Origin: Polyangiales bacterium
Lineage (GTDB): Bacteria > Myxococcota_A > Polyangia > Polyangiales > Ga0077539
Length of the DNA stretch: 37,363 bases
Direction of reading: 5' to 3'
Assembly: GCA_044376155.1 (NCBI GenBank)
Contig: JBILLI010000003.1
Location: 1-37,363, forward strand
Part shown: piece by piece, positions 26,931 to 36,353 of the stretch
How positions within the stretch are numbered: position 1 is the first letter of the stretch
Layout of the letters: every line of letters begins with the position of its first letter
Notes under the pieces: generated by a model
Seen by the model: only the letters and a program-made list of their open reading frames with translations
Database searches by the model: none
What the model was told of the DNA's origin: nothing
Translations under genes and position numbers: made by a program

Positions 26931-27863
26931 TCAGCGCACCGGCGTCTCGGTGCAGGCGGCGCTCTCGCCCCCCTGCGCGCAGACCAGGAGCACCCGCGGG
27001 ACGTTGTTCGCCGCGGGCGCGACGCGGCCGGTGGCCACGAGGGTCGCGATGCCCTCGGCGGGCGTGAGGGAGACCGTCCCGCGCACGAGTCCCGCGCAGG
27101 GCCGCGCGTTGCGCACGCGGAGCTGCAGGGTCACGGCGGCGCCCGCAGGCACCGCCACGTAGTCGGTGAAGGCACCGTAGGCGGCGTTGGCGAAGACCGC
27201 GCGAGCGGGCGCCGCGACAACGGCCGCACGACCCGCAGCGGCCGAGCGCGCGGCCACCGGCGCGGTGCACACGTCAACAGCGCCGAGGCCCGCGACCGCA
27301 TGGAGCAGCCGTACGCGCGCCTGCCCGGCTTCGGGCGCGGTGGCGTCGTCGGCCGCGGCGGCGAGGACGAGCGGGGTCTGGGTGTTGCCCGCGAGTCCCA
27401 GGGCGACCACGGTGTACGACTGCGACGCCTCCAGGGCGGGGGAGTTGCCCGCGAGCAGCGGAGCCGCGTCGCTCGCCGCGCCGGCCGCGCGGATCGCCAC
27501 GGCCTGCTCGCCGACGGGCACGGTCACGGGGCCCGCGGCGTGGCGAAACGCCAGCGCGGCGGCCGCGGCGGTGGTGGCGCCCGCGCCGAGGTACACGTCG
27601 ACGCTCGCGGCGGCGCGGTCGGGGCAGGCGTGGATCACCCGGACCGACGCCGTGGGCGGCGGCTCCGGCGTCTCGGTGGGGACAGCCGCGGGGATGGCGT
27701 TGCTCCGCGGGGCGCCCAGGGAGTCGTCTTCGACCGGCGCGCGCGCGACCGCGTTGAGCTGCTCGGCGCTCATCGGCTGCAGCGCGGGCGGGCTGCTCGA
27801 ACCGCAGGCCGAGAGCAGCGCGGCGAGGGTGGACAGGGGACCGACGAGGCGACGCAGCGACAT
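26931..27863 (-). CDS. DUF4397-like lipoprotein
   Basis: LLSAC lipobox. Two repeats of VRVIHA.P....SVDVY / VRLLHA.....AVDVC, and SYTVVALG. Start ATG 27863. Confidence 0.8.
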   Translation of the reverse strand: MSLRRLVGPLSTLAALLSACGSSSPPALQPMSAEQLNAVARAPVEDDSLGAPRSNAIPAAVPTETPEPPPTASVRVIHACPDRAAASVDVYLGAGATTAAAAALAFRHAAGPVTVPVGEQAVAIRAAGAASDAAPLLAGNSPALEASQSYTVVALGLAGNTQTPLVLAAAADDATAPEAGQARVRLLHAVAGLGAVDVCTAPVAARSAAAGRAAVVAAPARAVFANAAYGAFTDYVAVPAGAAVTLQLRVRNARPCAGLVRGTVSLTPAEGIATLVATGRVAPAANNVPRVLLVCAQGGESAACTETPVR

Positions 27864-28037
27864 GGTGTTGAGCCCTTCTCTTGCGCGCGACGGCGAGGCG
27901 CAGCCGGCGCGGACCGCGGACCATATCACCGTCCCGCGGTGAGGCGCAGCGCCGGGACGTTCGCCTTCGCGGTCCTGCGGTGCTAGGGATCGCGCCCGCG
28001 CGCCACCCTCCCCCGGCGCCCCTGCGGAGTGCCCACG

Positions 28038-30269
28038 ATGCCTCGTTCTGGCCTGCTTCTTCGCTTCCTCGCCCTCTTCGCCCTGGTCGTCGGCTGCGCG
28101 CAGGGCGTGCCCGACGAGGGCGCCCTGGGGACCCTCCCCGACGGGGGCGGCGGCCTCGACGCCGGGTTGACCGCCGACGCCCCCCAGCCGCTCTGCGGCA
28201 CCCAGGGCCAGTCGTGCTGCTCGGGGGAGGCGTGTGAGCAGGGGCTGACGTGCACCGGCGGCGCGTGCGTGTCGTCTCCGCGGTGCGGCGCCGAGACGCA
28301 GGCGTGCTGCGACGGGAACTCCTGCGCCGCGGGGCTGGTGTGCCTGGAGGGCCGCTGCGCCCCGCCCGTGTCGTGCGGCGGCGCGGGCGAGATGTGCTGC
28401 GCCGAGAACGCCTGTGCCAGCGGGTTTCGCTGCGCCAGCGGGCGCTGCGAGGCCATTCCCCCGTGCGGCGGCGACGCCCAGGCGTGCTGCGCGGGCGACC
28501 GCTGCGACGACGGATTCACTTGCACCGCAGGCACCTGCGCCCCGCGGACGGCGTGCGGCGCCGACGGTGAGATGTGCTGCGCGGGGTCGATGTGCGACGC
28601 GGGGCTGACCTGCCAGAGCGGCGTCTGCGCGCGGTCGAGCACGGCCTGCGGCACCCTCGGCGAGGCGTGCTGCGCGGGCAACACCTGCAACGGCGCGGGC
28701 CTCGCGTGCTGCGCGGGGTCGTGCGTCGACCCGGCGGGCGACGCGCGCAACTGCGGCCGCTGCAGCAACGCCTGCGAGGCCGGCGTGCGCTGCGCGGCGG
28801 GGGCCTGCATGGCCGCGGCCTGCGGCGCCAGCGGCGGCCCGTGCTGCACCACCGGCGCGGCCTGCGGCACCGGGCTCACGTGCCAGTCGGGCACCTGCAT
28901 GCCCACGACGGGTGCGTGCACCGCGGCGGGCCGCGCGTGCACCTCGATGGCGACCTGCTGCGCCGGGCTCTCGTGCCGCGCGTCGCCCACCGCGTCGCTC
29001 TGCTGCCGCGAGGCCGCGGCGACGTGCACCAGCAGCACCGAGTGCTGCGGCGCCATGATCTGCACCGCGGGCCGCTGCGCCTGCCGGAGCTCCGCGCAGA
29101 CCTGCGCGTCCAACGCCGACTGCTGCGACGGGCTGACCTGCCAGTCGGGCACCTGCCGACCGCCCACGGGCTGCGCGCTCACCGAGGGCGCGGCGTGCAT
29201 GGCCGGCTCGACCACCGCGTGTTGCGCCAGCGGGCGGAGCTGCGGCGACGTCTCGGGCGCGTCGCGCTGCTGCAACAACGCGGGCGGCGCCTGCGCCAGC
29301 GACACGGGCTGCTGCGGCGGACGTCGCTGCACCGCGGGGCGTTGCTGCGGCTCTGACGGCGCGACCTGCGCGGCGAACTCGGAGTGCTGCTCGGGCTTCA
29401 CCTGCCAGTCGGGCACCTGCCGCGCGGCCCCGTGCACCCTCGGCGAGTCGGTGGCCTGCACCACCACGGGCGCCGCGCCCAACTGTTGCGCGGGCGGCCG
29501 ACGCTGCGCCGACGTGGTGGGCGCCAACCGCTGCTGCAACGCCGCGGGCGGCGCGTGCACGGGCGACTACGGCTGCTGTGGCGACGGGCTCTGCCAGGGC
29601 GGCCGGTGCTGCCAGCCCGACGGCGCGACCTGCGCCAACGGCACCGAGTGCTGCGCGGGCACGACCTGCATGGGCGGCGTGTGCCGCGCGGCCACCGCGA
29701 CCTGCGGGCTGGCCGAGGCCGCGGCGTGCACGACCACGGGCGCCGCGCCCAACTGCTGCGCGGGCGGCCGGAGCTGCGCCGCGGTGTCGGGCACCAACCG
29801 CTGCTGCAACAACAGCGGCGGCGCGTGCACCACCTCGGCGGGCTGCTGCGGGTCGCTGCTCTGCGTGAGCGGTCGCTGCCAGGCCGCGGCGACGTGCGGT
29901 CTCGCCGAGGCGGCGACGTGCACCGTGGGGGCGGCCGCGCCCAACTGCTGCGCGGGCGGGCGGGCGTGCCAGGACGTCGTCGGCACGAACCGATGTTGCA
30001 GCGCCGCAGGGGGATCGTGCGCGAACTCCCTGGGCTGCTGCGGCACCCTGCTCTGCGTGAGCGGGCGCTGTCAGGCCCCGGCGTCGTGCACGCTGGGCGA
30101 GGCCGCGCGGTGCACGCCGGGGGCGGCGGCGCCGGGGTGCTGCACCGACGGACGCAGCTGCGGGAGCATCGGCGGGATCAACGTCTGCTGCCGGGGCTTC
30201 GCGGGGGCGTGCAGCGATGATCTGGGCTGCTGCGGGTCGCTGCTGTGCATCTTCGGGCGGTGCGTGTGA
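28038..30269 (+). CDS. Large cysteine-rich repeat lipoprotein (~22 six-Cys modules)
   Basis: Signal peptide with VVGC lipobox. Seven C-CC-C-C-C modules (one joined to a CVD...D.RNCGRC..AC motif), then 15 C-C-CC-C-C modules. Alternative start GTG 28029. Confidence 0.88.
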   Translation: MPRSGLLLRFLALFALVVGCAQGVPDEGALGTLPDGGGGLDAGLTADAPQPLCGTQGQSCCSGEACEQGLTCTGGACVSSPRCGAETQACCDGNSCAAGLVCLEGRCAPPVSCGGAGEMCCAENACASGFRCASGRCEAIPPCGGDAQACCAGDRCDDGFTCTAGTCAPRTACGADGEMCCAGSMCDAGLTCQSGVCARSSTACGTLGEACCAGNTCNGAGLACCAGSCVDPAGDARNCGRCSNACEAGVRCAAGACMAAACGASGGPCCTTGAACGTGLTCQSGTCMPTTGACTAAGRACTSMATCCAGLSCRASPTASLCCREAAATCTSSTECCGAMICTAGRCACRSSAQTCASNADCCDGLTCQSGTCRPPTGCALTEGAACMAGSTTACCASGRSCGDVSGASRCCNNAGGACASDTGCCGGRRCTAGRCCGSDGATCAANSECCSGFTCQSGTCRAAPCTLGESVACTTTGAAPNCCAGGRRCADVVGANRCCNAAGGACTGDYGCCGDGLCQGGRCCQPDGATCANGTECCAGTTCMGGVCRAATATCGLAEAAACTTTGAAPNCCAGGRSCAAVSGTNRCCNNSGGACTTSAGCCGSLLCVSGRCQAAATCGLAEAATCTVGAAAPNCCAGGRACQDVVGTNRCCSAAGGSCANSLGCCGTLLCVSGRCQAPASCTLGEAARCTPGAAAPGCCTDGRSCGSIGGINVCCRGFAGACSDDLGCCGSLLCIFGRCV

Positions 30270-31054
30270 GCGACGACTTCACCTTCAAGACCCTGCGCGC
30301 GCCGGCGAAGCGCGTGCACCGGCTGGGGCTGGCGCTGAACTTCGGGCTCGACGGCCCGGGTCTCTCTCGCGCGCTGGAGCGCGGGGTGAACTACTTCTTC
30401 TGGACCTCGCTGCGCACGGGCAAGACCACGCCGGTGCTGCGCGAGGCGCTCAAGCGCGACCGGGAGCGCTACGTCGTCGCGGGCACCCCCACCGTGGGCT
30501 TTCTCGCGAGCGGGGTGCGGCGCGGGGCCGAGGCGATCTTGAAGAAGCTCGGCACCGACTACCTCGACGTGCTGCAGCTCGGATGGCTCGGCGTCGCGTC
30601 GGCGTGGACCGAGGGCACCATCGAGGCGCTGGTGAAGCTCCGCGAGGAGGGGAAGGTGCGGGCCATCGGGGTGTCGATCCATGACCGCCCGCGGGCGGGG
30701 AAGCTCGCCGAGGACTCGCCGCTCGATGTGCTGATGATCCGGTACAACGCGGCGCACCCGGGGGCCGAGGCCGACATCTTTCCGCACCTCGCGAAGCGGC
30801 AGCCCACGGTGGTGGCCTACACCGCGACGGCGTGGCGCAAGCTGCTCAAGGCTCCTGCGGGGTGGAGCGGGCCGGTGATGTCGGCGGGGGACTGCTACCG
30901 CTTCTGCCTCTCTTCGCCGCACGTGGACCTCGCGCTCTGCGGCCCGGCGAACACCGCGCAGCTCGATGAGAACCTCGACGCGCTGGAGCGAGGCCCCCTC
31001 ACCGACGAGGAGTCCCGCTGGATGCGTGACTTCGGGCGCGCGGCGCACGGGTGA
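30266..31054 (+). CDS. Aldo/keto reductase-fold protein, catalytically degenerate
   Basis: RLGL, ALERGVNYF, LKKLGTDYLDVLQL, LREEGKVRAIGVS, IRYN, QLDENL. GTGA overlap with the upstream stop. Confidence 0.85.
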   Translation: MSDDFTFKTLRAPAKRVHRLGLALNFGLDGPGLSRALERGVNYFFWTSLRTGKTTPVLREALKRDRERYVVAGTPTVGFLASGVRRGAEAILKKLGTDYLDVLQLGWLGVASAWTEGTIEALVKLREEGKVRAIGVSIHDRPRAGKLAEDSPLDVLMIRYNAAHPGAEADIFPHLAKRQPTVVAYTATAWRKLLKAPAGWSGPVMSAGDCYRFCLSSPHVDLALCGPANTAQLDENLDALERGPLTDEESRWMRDFGRAAHG

Positions 31055-31075
31055 CCGTGGGATGATCCGCGGCGC

Positions 31076-31804
31076 ATGGACGCCGTGCTGGAGGCCCGCG
31101 GGTTGAGCAAACACTTCGGCGCGCACATCGCGCTGGAGGACATGGACCTCGCGCTCCCCGCGGGGGAGATCTTCGGGCTGCTCGGCCCCAACGGCGCGGG
31201 CAAGAGCACCACGATCAACCTCTTCATGGGCTTTCTGCAGCCCACCCGCGGCGAGGCCCGGGTGTGCGGCATCAACTGCTCCCGCGACACGCGAGACGCG
31301 ATGCGGGTGGTGGGGCACATGCCCGAGGAGCCCTCGCTCTTCGACAACCTCACGGGGCGCGAGACCGTGGCCTTCGTGCTCTCCATGCGCGGCGAAGACA
31401 CGCCCGCGCGCCGCGACGAGGTGCAGCACACCGCCGAGCGCCTGGGCTTCGCCCGCGAGATGGACCAGCTCGTGGCGGGGTACTCCATGGGCATGCGCAA
31501 GAAGCTCGCGCTGGTGCTGGCCCTCGCCCACGACCCGCGCGTGCTGCTGCTCGATGAGCCCACCAACGGCCTCGACCCGGTGGTCGCCCGCGAGGTGCGG
31601 GACCTGCTGCAAGAGCGCGCCGCGCGCGGGGTGACGGTGGTGCTCTCGACCCACCTGCTCGACGTCGCGCAGCGGGTCTGCCACCGCCTCGGGCTCATCG
31701 TGCGCGGACGTCTCCGCGCCGTGGGCACGCCCGACGAGGTGCTGCGTCAGGCCGGCGCGGACTCCCTCGAAGACGCCTTCCTCGCGCTCACCACGGCGCC
31801 ATGA
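31076..31804 (+). CDS. ABC transporter ATP-binding protein
   Basis: GPNGAGKST, YSMGMRKK, LLLDEPTNGLDP, LSTHLL. Confidence 0.95.
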   Translation: MDAVLEARGLSKHFGAHIALEDMDLALPAGEIFGLLGPNGAGKSTTINLFMGFLQPTRGEARVCGINCSRDTRDAMRVVGHMPEEPSLFDNLTGRETVAFVLSMRGEDTPARRDEVQHTAERLGFAREMDQLVAGYSMGMRKKLALVLALAHDPRVLLLDEPTNGLDPVVAREVRDLLQERAARGVTVVLSTHLLDVAQRVCHRLGLIVRGRLRAVGTPDEVLRQAGADSLEDAFLALTTAP

Positions 31805-33996
31805 GGGAGGTGCTGGCGCAGCTCCGCGCCATCGCGGTGATGTCGGCGCGCGGCGCGCTGAACTCCCTGCGCCGTCGGCAGGGGGCCGGGGCGCTGGTGG
31901 TGTTCCCGGTGCTCGTGGCCTTTCTGCTCTTCGAGCTCGCGCGCTTCGGCTCGCGCGCCACCGACGGGATGCGCCGCGCCCTCACGCTCTCGTCCCACGC
32001 GCGCGGCACGCACTACGCCGCGCTCTGGCTCTCGCTCCTGGCCCTGGGCATCGCCGCGCTGAAGTACGCGCGGGTGATCCCCGGCCGCGGGTCGCGACGT
32101 CTGCTCGACACGCCGGTGTTCCGCGCGCTGCCCGTCTCACCCGCGGCGCGCGTCACCGTGGAGCTCGTGCTGGGTGCCGGGCAGTCGGCGGGCTTCGTGC
32201 TGCTCGCCTGGGTGCCCGCGGTGTGGGGCCTCGCGCGGCTGCACCACCCTGCCCCGACGGCTGTGGCCATCACCGCGCTGTCGGCGCTGACGGTGAACGG
32301 CGTGGCCACCGTAGCCGCCGTGGCGCTGCACGAGGGCGCGTCGAACCGCTTGCGCGGCAGGGCGTTGGACGTCGTGCGGGTGATCACCGCGAGCGTGGGC
32401 GCGCTCGCCATCGGCGCCTTCGCGTCCATCGGCCCCATCGGCGCGGGGGTGTCGCCGAACTACCGACCGGGCACGGGGATCCCCGCGTGGACCGAGCGCC
32501 TCCCGCTGTACGGCCTCGTGGCGGCGACTCGGGGTGATGTCGATCCTGCGCGGCTGACCCGCTCGCTGCTGTGGCTGCTCGTGCCGGTGGTCCTGGGCGC
32601 GCTCGCGCTGCGTCACCGCGTGCGCCACCCCGCGGACCTCTCCCTCGACGCGCCGCCGACGCCCATGGGTGATGGCCGTTGGCCCGCCGCGATGTCCGCC
32701 GTGCGCGCGGAGTGGCGCATGCTCACGCGGCAGGCGCCCTACCTCCCGTTCGCGTCCCTCGCGTTTCTTGGATTCTTCGCAGCGCTGGGCAAGGGTGCGC
32801 GCTCGGCCACGGGGTCGCCGCTGCCCTCGGTGGTGCTCTTCGGGCTCGTGGGGTGGTCGCTGCTGGTGATGGGCACGGCGCTCTCGGGCGCGGCCTCGCG
32901 GCGCTGGCGGCGCGCGCTCTGGATCCTCCCCGCGCAGGGCGTGGACCACCTCGCGGCCCTGCGCGCGGTGACCCTGGTGCACACGGTGATCACCGCGCCC
33001 ATCGCGCTCGCCACGCTGGTGGTGCTGTTCAATCCCACGCTCCCGCCCGCGGTGTTCTTCGTGCGGCAGACCGTGGGCCTCGCGGTGGCCGTGGCCGTGG
33101 GGCAATGGATGCAGGCCGCCACGCTCTTTCACCACATCGACCCCGCGCCCGACCGACTCACCGGGCTCTCGGTGGGGTCGCTCTTTATCGTGCTCGCGTC
33201 GGTGATGCCCGCGGCGGCGCTGTGCGTGACGCTGTCGGCGATGACCCTGAGCACGTGGGTCCCGCTGCTGCTGGTGGTGGCGGCGATGGCGTGGTCGGTG
33301 GAGCGGGCGGCGGTGCAGCGCCTGCGGTGGATCCGCGACCCCGACGGGGACCGCGACGCCCCGCTGCGCACATGGCCCGCGCTGCGCACCCTCGGGGCCG
33401 CGCTGCTCGCGCAGATCGTGGCGATGCAGGCCGCCGAGACCCTCTTCAACGCCTCGATCACGGCGCAGGTCATGGCGGGCCTGGGCGCGCTGGTGCTCAC
33501 GCTCACGGCGACCTCCTGGCAGGCGTGGCGGCGCTACGACATCACGCCCCGGTGGAGCACCGCGCGGGGCGTGCTCGCGGGGATCGCCGCGGGCGCGGCG
33601 CACTTCGCGTGGAGCTCGCAGTACGCCCGGTGGGTGGTGCGCGCTGGCGCCGACGCCAACCCCCTCGCGGCGGCCGTGCGACACGGGGATTCGTTGCACC
33701 GCGCGGGCTTCGTGGCGCTCGCGGTGGTGGTGGTCCCGCTGGCCGAGGAGCTGTTCTTTCGCGCGTGGCTCCCGCACGCCCTGGCGCGCGACCTCTCCCC
33801 CCGCCTCGCGCGCTACGCGGCGGTGCCCGCGGCGGTGCTCTTCGCGTTGGTGCACGGCACGGCGACGTGGCTGCCCGCGTTCGTGGGCGCGCTCGTCGCG
33901 AGCTGGCTGCTGGCGCGGAGCGGTCGCCTCGCGAGCAACCTCGCGTGGCACGCGACGAACAACGGGCTGGTGGTGGCGGTGGCGCTGCTGGGGTGA
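31801..33996 (+). CDS. Polytopic membrane protein: putative ABC permease fused to a C-terminal CPBP (CAAX/Abi) intramembrane protease domain
   Basis: Many TM helices. C-terminal LAEELFFR, LFALVH and WHATNN are the CPBP motifs. ATGA-coupled to the ABC ATPase. Confidence 0.8.
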   Translation: MREVLAQLRAIAVMSARGALNSLRRRQGAGALVVFPVLVAFLLFELARFGSRATDGMRRALTLSSHARGTHYAALWLSLLALGIAALKYARVIPGRGSRRLLDTPVFRALPVSPAARVTVELVLGAGQSAGFVLLAWVPAVWGLARLHHPAPTAVAITALSALTVNGVATVAAVALHEGASNRLRGRALDVVRVITASVGALAIGAFASIGPIGAGVSPNYRPGTGIPAWTERLPLYGLVAATRGDVDPARLTRSLLWLLVPVVLGALALRHRVRHPADLSLDAPPTPMGDGRWPAAMSAVRAEWRMLTRQAPYLPFASLAFLGFFAALGKGARSATGSPLPSVVLFGLVGWSLLVMGTALSGAASRRWRRALWILPAQGVDHLAALRAVTLVHTVITAPIALATLVVLFNPTLPPAVFFVRQTVGLAVAVAVGQWMQAATLFHHIDPAPDRLTGLSVGSLFIVLASVMPAAALCVTLSAMTLSTWVPLLLVVAAMAWSVERAAVQRLRWIRDPDGDRDAPLRTWPALRTLGAALLAQIVAMQAAETLFNASITAQVMAGLGALVLTLTATSWQAWRRYDITPRWSTARGVLAGIAAGAAHFAWSSQYARWVVRAGADANPLAAAVRHGDSLHRAGFVALAVVVVPLAEELFFRAWLPHALARDLSPRLARYAAVPAAVLFALVHGTATWLPAFVGALVASWLLARSGRLASNLAWHATNNGLVVAVALLG

Positions 33997-34011
33997 GGGC
34001 CGCAGCGGGCG

Positions 34012-35007
34012 CTACGACGTCTTCTTGCGGACGCGCGGCTTCGGGGGCTCTGCGACCCCGAAGACCTCGCGCCACGCATCGGGGATGGCGACGGCGACGG
34101 GGGCCTCGCCGTCGGCGCGGCCGGGCACCCACACGCGCCAGAAGGCCTCATCGAGCGCGAAGCCGTGGCGGCCATCGCCGGGCAGCGGGATCCAGCCGAG
34201 GTCGCGTCCGTCTTCGACCGCGAAGGCATGGAGCGCGCGCGGACCCGCGAGCAGCAGGACGCGGTCGAGGGACGTGAACGCCGCCTGAAACGCGAACCAG
34301 TTCTCGGGCTCCTCGTCGGTCCCGGGCAGCGTGACGGACCACAGGGGCGCGCGGCCGGACATGTCGTACACGCAGACGCCGCGACCGCCCCAGGACTCGT
34401 TGGAGAGCGCGGCGTAGCGCCCGTCACGCGAGAACACCGAGAAGAACGGCGCGTCGTCGAGCCCGGGGTGACCGCGACCGGGCGGGGGCAGCCGCGACAT
34501 CGAGAGGGTCCCGTCGTTCACCGCGGTGAGGTCGAAGGCGAGCACCGCGCCGCTGCCCTGGTCGGCCGCGCCCGCGAGGAGGGTCAGGCCGTCGGGTGAG
34601 AACGACGGCCCCGACGGGATGCTGCTCCCGTTCGCCCCGCGCACCGCGCCCGTGGCGGCGTCGAAGACCGTGACCCGGCCGTTCTTCCAGTTCGTCGCCG
34701 CCACCCAGGCGCCGTCGGCGCTCGGCGAGAGCGTGTGCCGCGCGACCTCGCCGAGGACCGGTGACGGCAGGGCCGTGAGGTCCCAGTCGAATCGGTGCAG
34801 CGTGGCCGCCCGGAGCGACGCCCCCGCGGGCGCGACCTTGCCCGCGAGCACCCCGACCCACGCATCGCAGCCGTTGGCGTTGTCACCGTTCCGCACGGGT
34901 GTCGTCGCGCGCAGAACGGGTGTGCCGGTGGTGAGGTCCCAGAGCGCGAGGGAGGTCTTCTCCAGCACCGCGAGGCGCTGATGACGCGCGTGAAAGACGA
35001 TGCGCAT
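34012..35007 (-). CDS. WD40/YVTN-like beta-propeller protein
   Basis: LALWDL, SADGAWVA, VTVFDAATG, FSPDGLTLLAG, FSRDGRYAA. Start ATG 35007. Confidence 0.8.
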   Translation of the reverse strand: MRIVFHARHQRLAVLEKTSLALWDLTTGTPVLRATTPVRNGDNANGCDAWVGVLAGKVAPAGASLRAATLHRFDWDLTALPSPVLGEVARHTLSPSADGAWVAATNWKNGRVTVFDAATGAVRGANGSSIPSGPSFSPDGLTLLAGAADQGSGAVLAFDLTAVNDGTLSMSRLPPPGRGHPGLDDAPFFSVFSRDGRYAALSNESWGGRGVCVYDMSGRAPLWSVTLPGTDEEPENWFAFQAAFTSLDRVLLLAGPRALHAFAVEDGRDLGWIPLPGDGRHGFALDEAFWRVWVPGRADGEAPVAVAIPDAWREVFGVAEPPKPRVRKKTS

Positions 35008-35071
35008 GGCGCGAGGATAGTCGCGCCCCCACGCGCGCGTCGACGCGGACGCCTCCCCCTGCCTCCTCGCG

Positions 35072-35812
35072 TCAGGGAGGAACCGAGGTGCAGGCATCGG
35101 CCGCCACGGGCACCTCCCACACCCGCAGCGTGCGCGCGGCGTTCTCGCAGACCGTCGGCCGCGCCGCGCCCGGGAAGCGCGCGCGGTCACCGAGCAGCGC
35201 CTGGAGCCGCGCGATGTTCGCCGACGACTCGAAGGGCGCGATGAGCAGCGCCCCCAGCGCGCGTTGACCCATCGCGGGTGAGGCCAGCATCGCGCGGATC
35301 CGCAGCTCGGTCTCGCGGTTGGCCGGCACCCGCAGCGAGGTGTTGTCGTCGGGCCCCTGCCCCGCCGGCGCGTACGGCAGATAAACGGCCCGCTCTCGCC
35401 GCGGCGGACCATAGGCCGCGATGCGCGCGACGATGGCGTCGAGGCCCCGCAGCACGGTGCCGTCTTGCGTCACCGCATCCGCGCCGCGCTCCCAGATCAC
35501 GCGCGTGACCCGGTGGCCCCACCCCGTGACCGCACGCGCGAAGATCAGCGCCCGCGCCCCTTCGCGGTAGTCCATCGCGTCGCGGGGGGTCATGCGCAGC
35601 AGCACCTCGTCGCGCGCGCCGCCGCGTCGTCGGGCCGTCACGATGTGCTCCTCGGCGGTCATCGGGCGCACCGACACCACCTCCGCGTCGAGCGCGATGT
35701 CGGCGTCGCAGAGGGACCACTCCACGCTGAGAATCTCCCGCAGATCCGCCCGCGCGGTGGACGCCCCGAGCGCGAGCGCAATGGTAAGGACGGCGCCGCG
35801 CGACCGCCTCAC
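35072..35812 (-). CDS. Hypothetical secreted protein
   Basis: Signal peptide ending ARA|D; GC3 bias; GTG overlaps the upstream stop. Confidence 0.65.
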   Translation of the reverse strand: MRRSRGAVLTIALALGASTARADLREILSVEWSLCDADIALDAEVVSVRPMTAEEHIVTARRRGGARDEVLLRMTPRDAMDYREGARALIFARAVTGWGHRVTRVIWERGADAVTQDGTVLRGLDAIVARIAAYGPPRRERAVYLPYAPAGQGPDDNTSLRVPANRETELRIRAMLASPAMGQRALGALLIAPFESSANIARLQALLGDRARFPGAARPTVCENAARTLRVWEVPVAADACTSVPP

Positions 35813-36327
35813 GCGCGCAGTTCCAGCTGGGTCACGCAGGTGTAGGGGCGAAGCTCCACGCGGTAGGTGCTGGCGATGCGCCCGGCGCGGAGCGCGTCGG
35901 CGACGGCGGCGATGGCCCGGTCGAGGTCTCCCCAGCGGTGCACGGCGACGGCGTCGAGGGAGACGTCTTCGTTGCGCAGCCCCACGTCGACGAGACGCAG
36001 CCCGAGGTCGTGCGCGAAGGCGTCGTGCGTGATGGCCGCGCAGGGATCGTCGGGCGCAGGACGGCTCTCACAGACCGCACCGCCGCCCAGCGTGCGCCGC
36101 ACCGACGGCCCGATCACCGCGACCGCGAAGACCCGCGTGCCGGGCGGCGAAGACAACACCGAGAGACGCACGGTCATCCCGTGCAGGTCGGTCTCGCCCG
36201 CCCGTGCCAGGGACTGCGTGGCGACGCCCTCGACGGAGGTGCAGACCGTCGGGGCGGCGACGCGCGGGGCGCTCGCGCAGCCGTGCAGCAGCGCGAAGAA
36301 AATCGCTGCGAGATGGGTCCTCGACAT
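35809..36327 (-). CDS. Hypothetical lipoprotein
   Basis: MSRTHLAAIFFALLHGC lipobox; start ATG 36327. Confidence 0.7.
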   Translation of the reverse strand: MSRTHLAAIFFALLHGCASAPRVAAPTVCTSVEGVATQSLARAGETDLHGMTVRLSVLSSPPGTRVFAVAVIGPSVRRTLGGGAVCESRPAPDDPCAAITHDAFAHDLGLRLVDVGLRNEDVSLDAVAVHRWGDLDRAIAAVADALRAGRIASTYRVELRPYTCVTQLELRA

Positions 36328-36353
36328 GGCGTGAGGCTCTGACACTCGCAGAC

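Noticed and set aside
205-35845. Many long overlapping alternative-frame and antisense ORFs rich in Arg/Ala/Pro/Gly
   Set aside because: Expected shadow ORFs in high-GC DNA. Each overlaps a better-supported gene and has no motifs.
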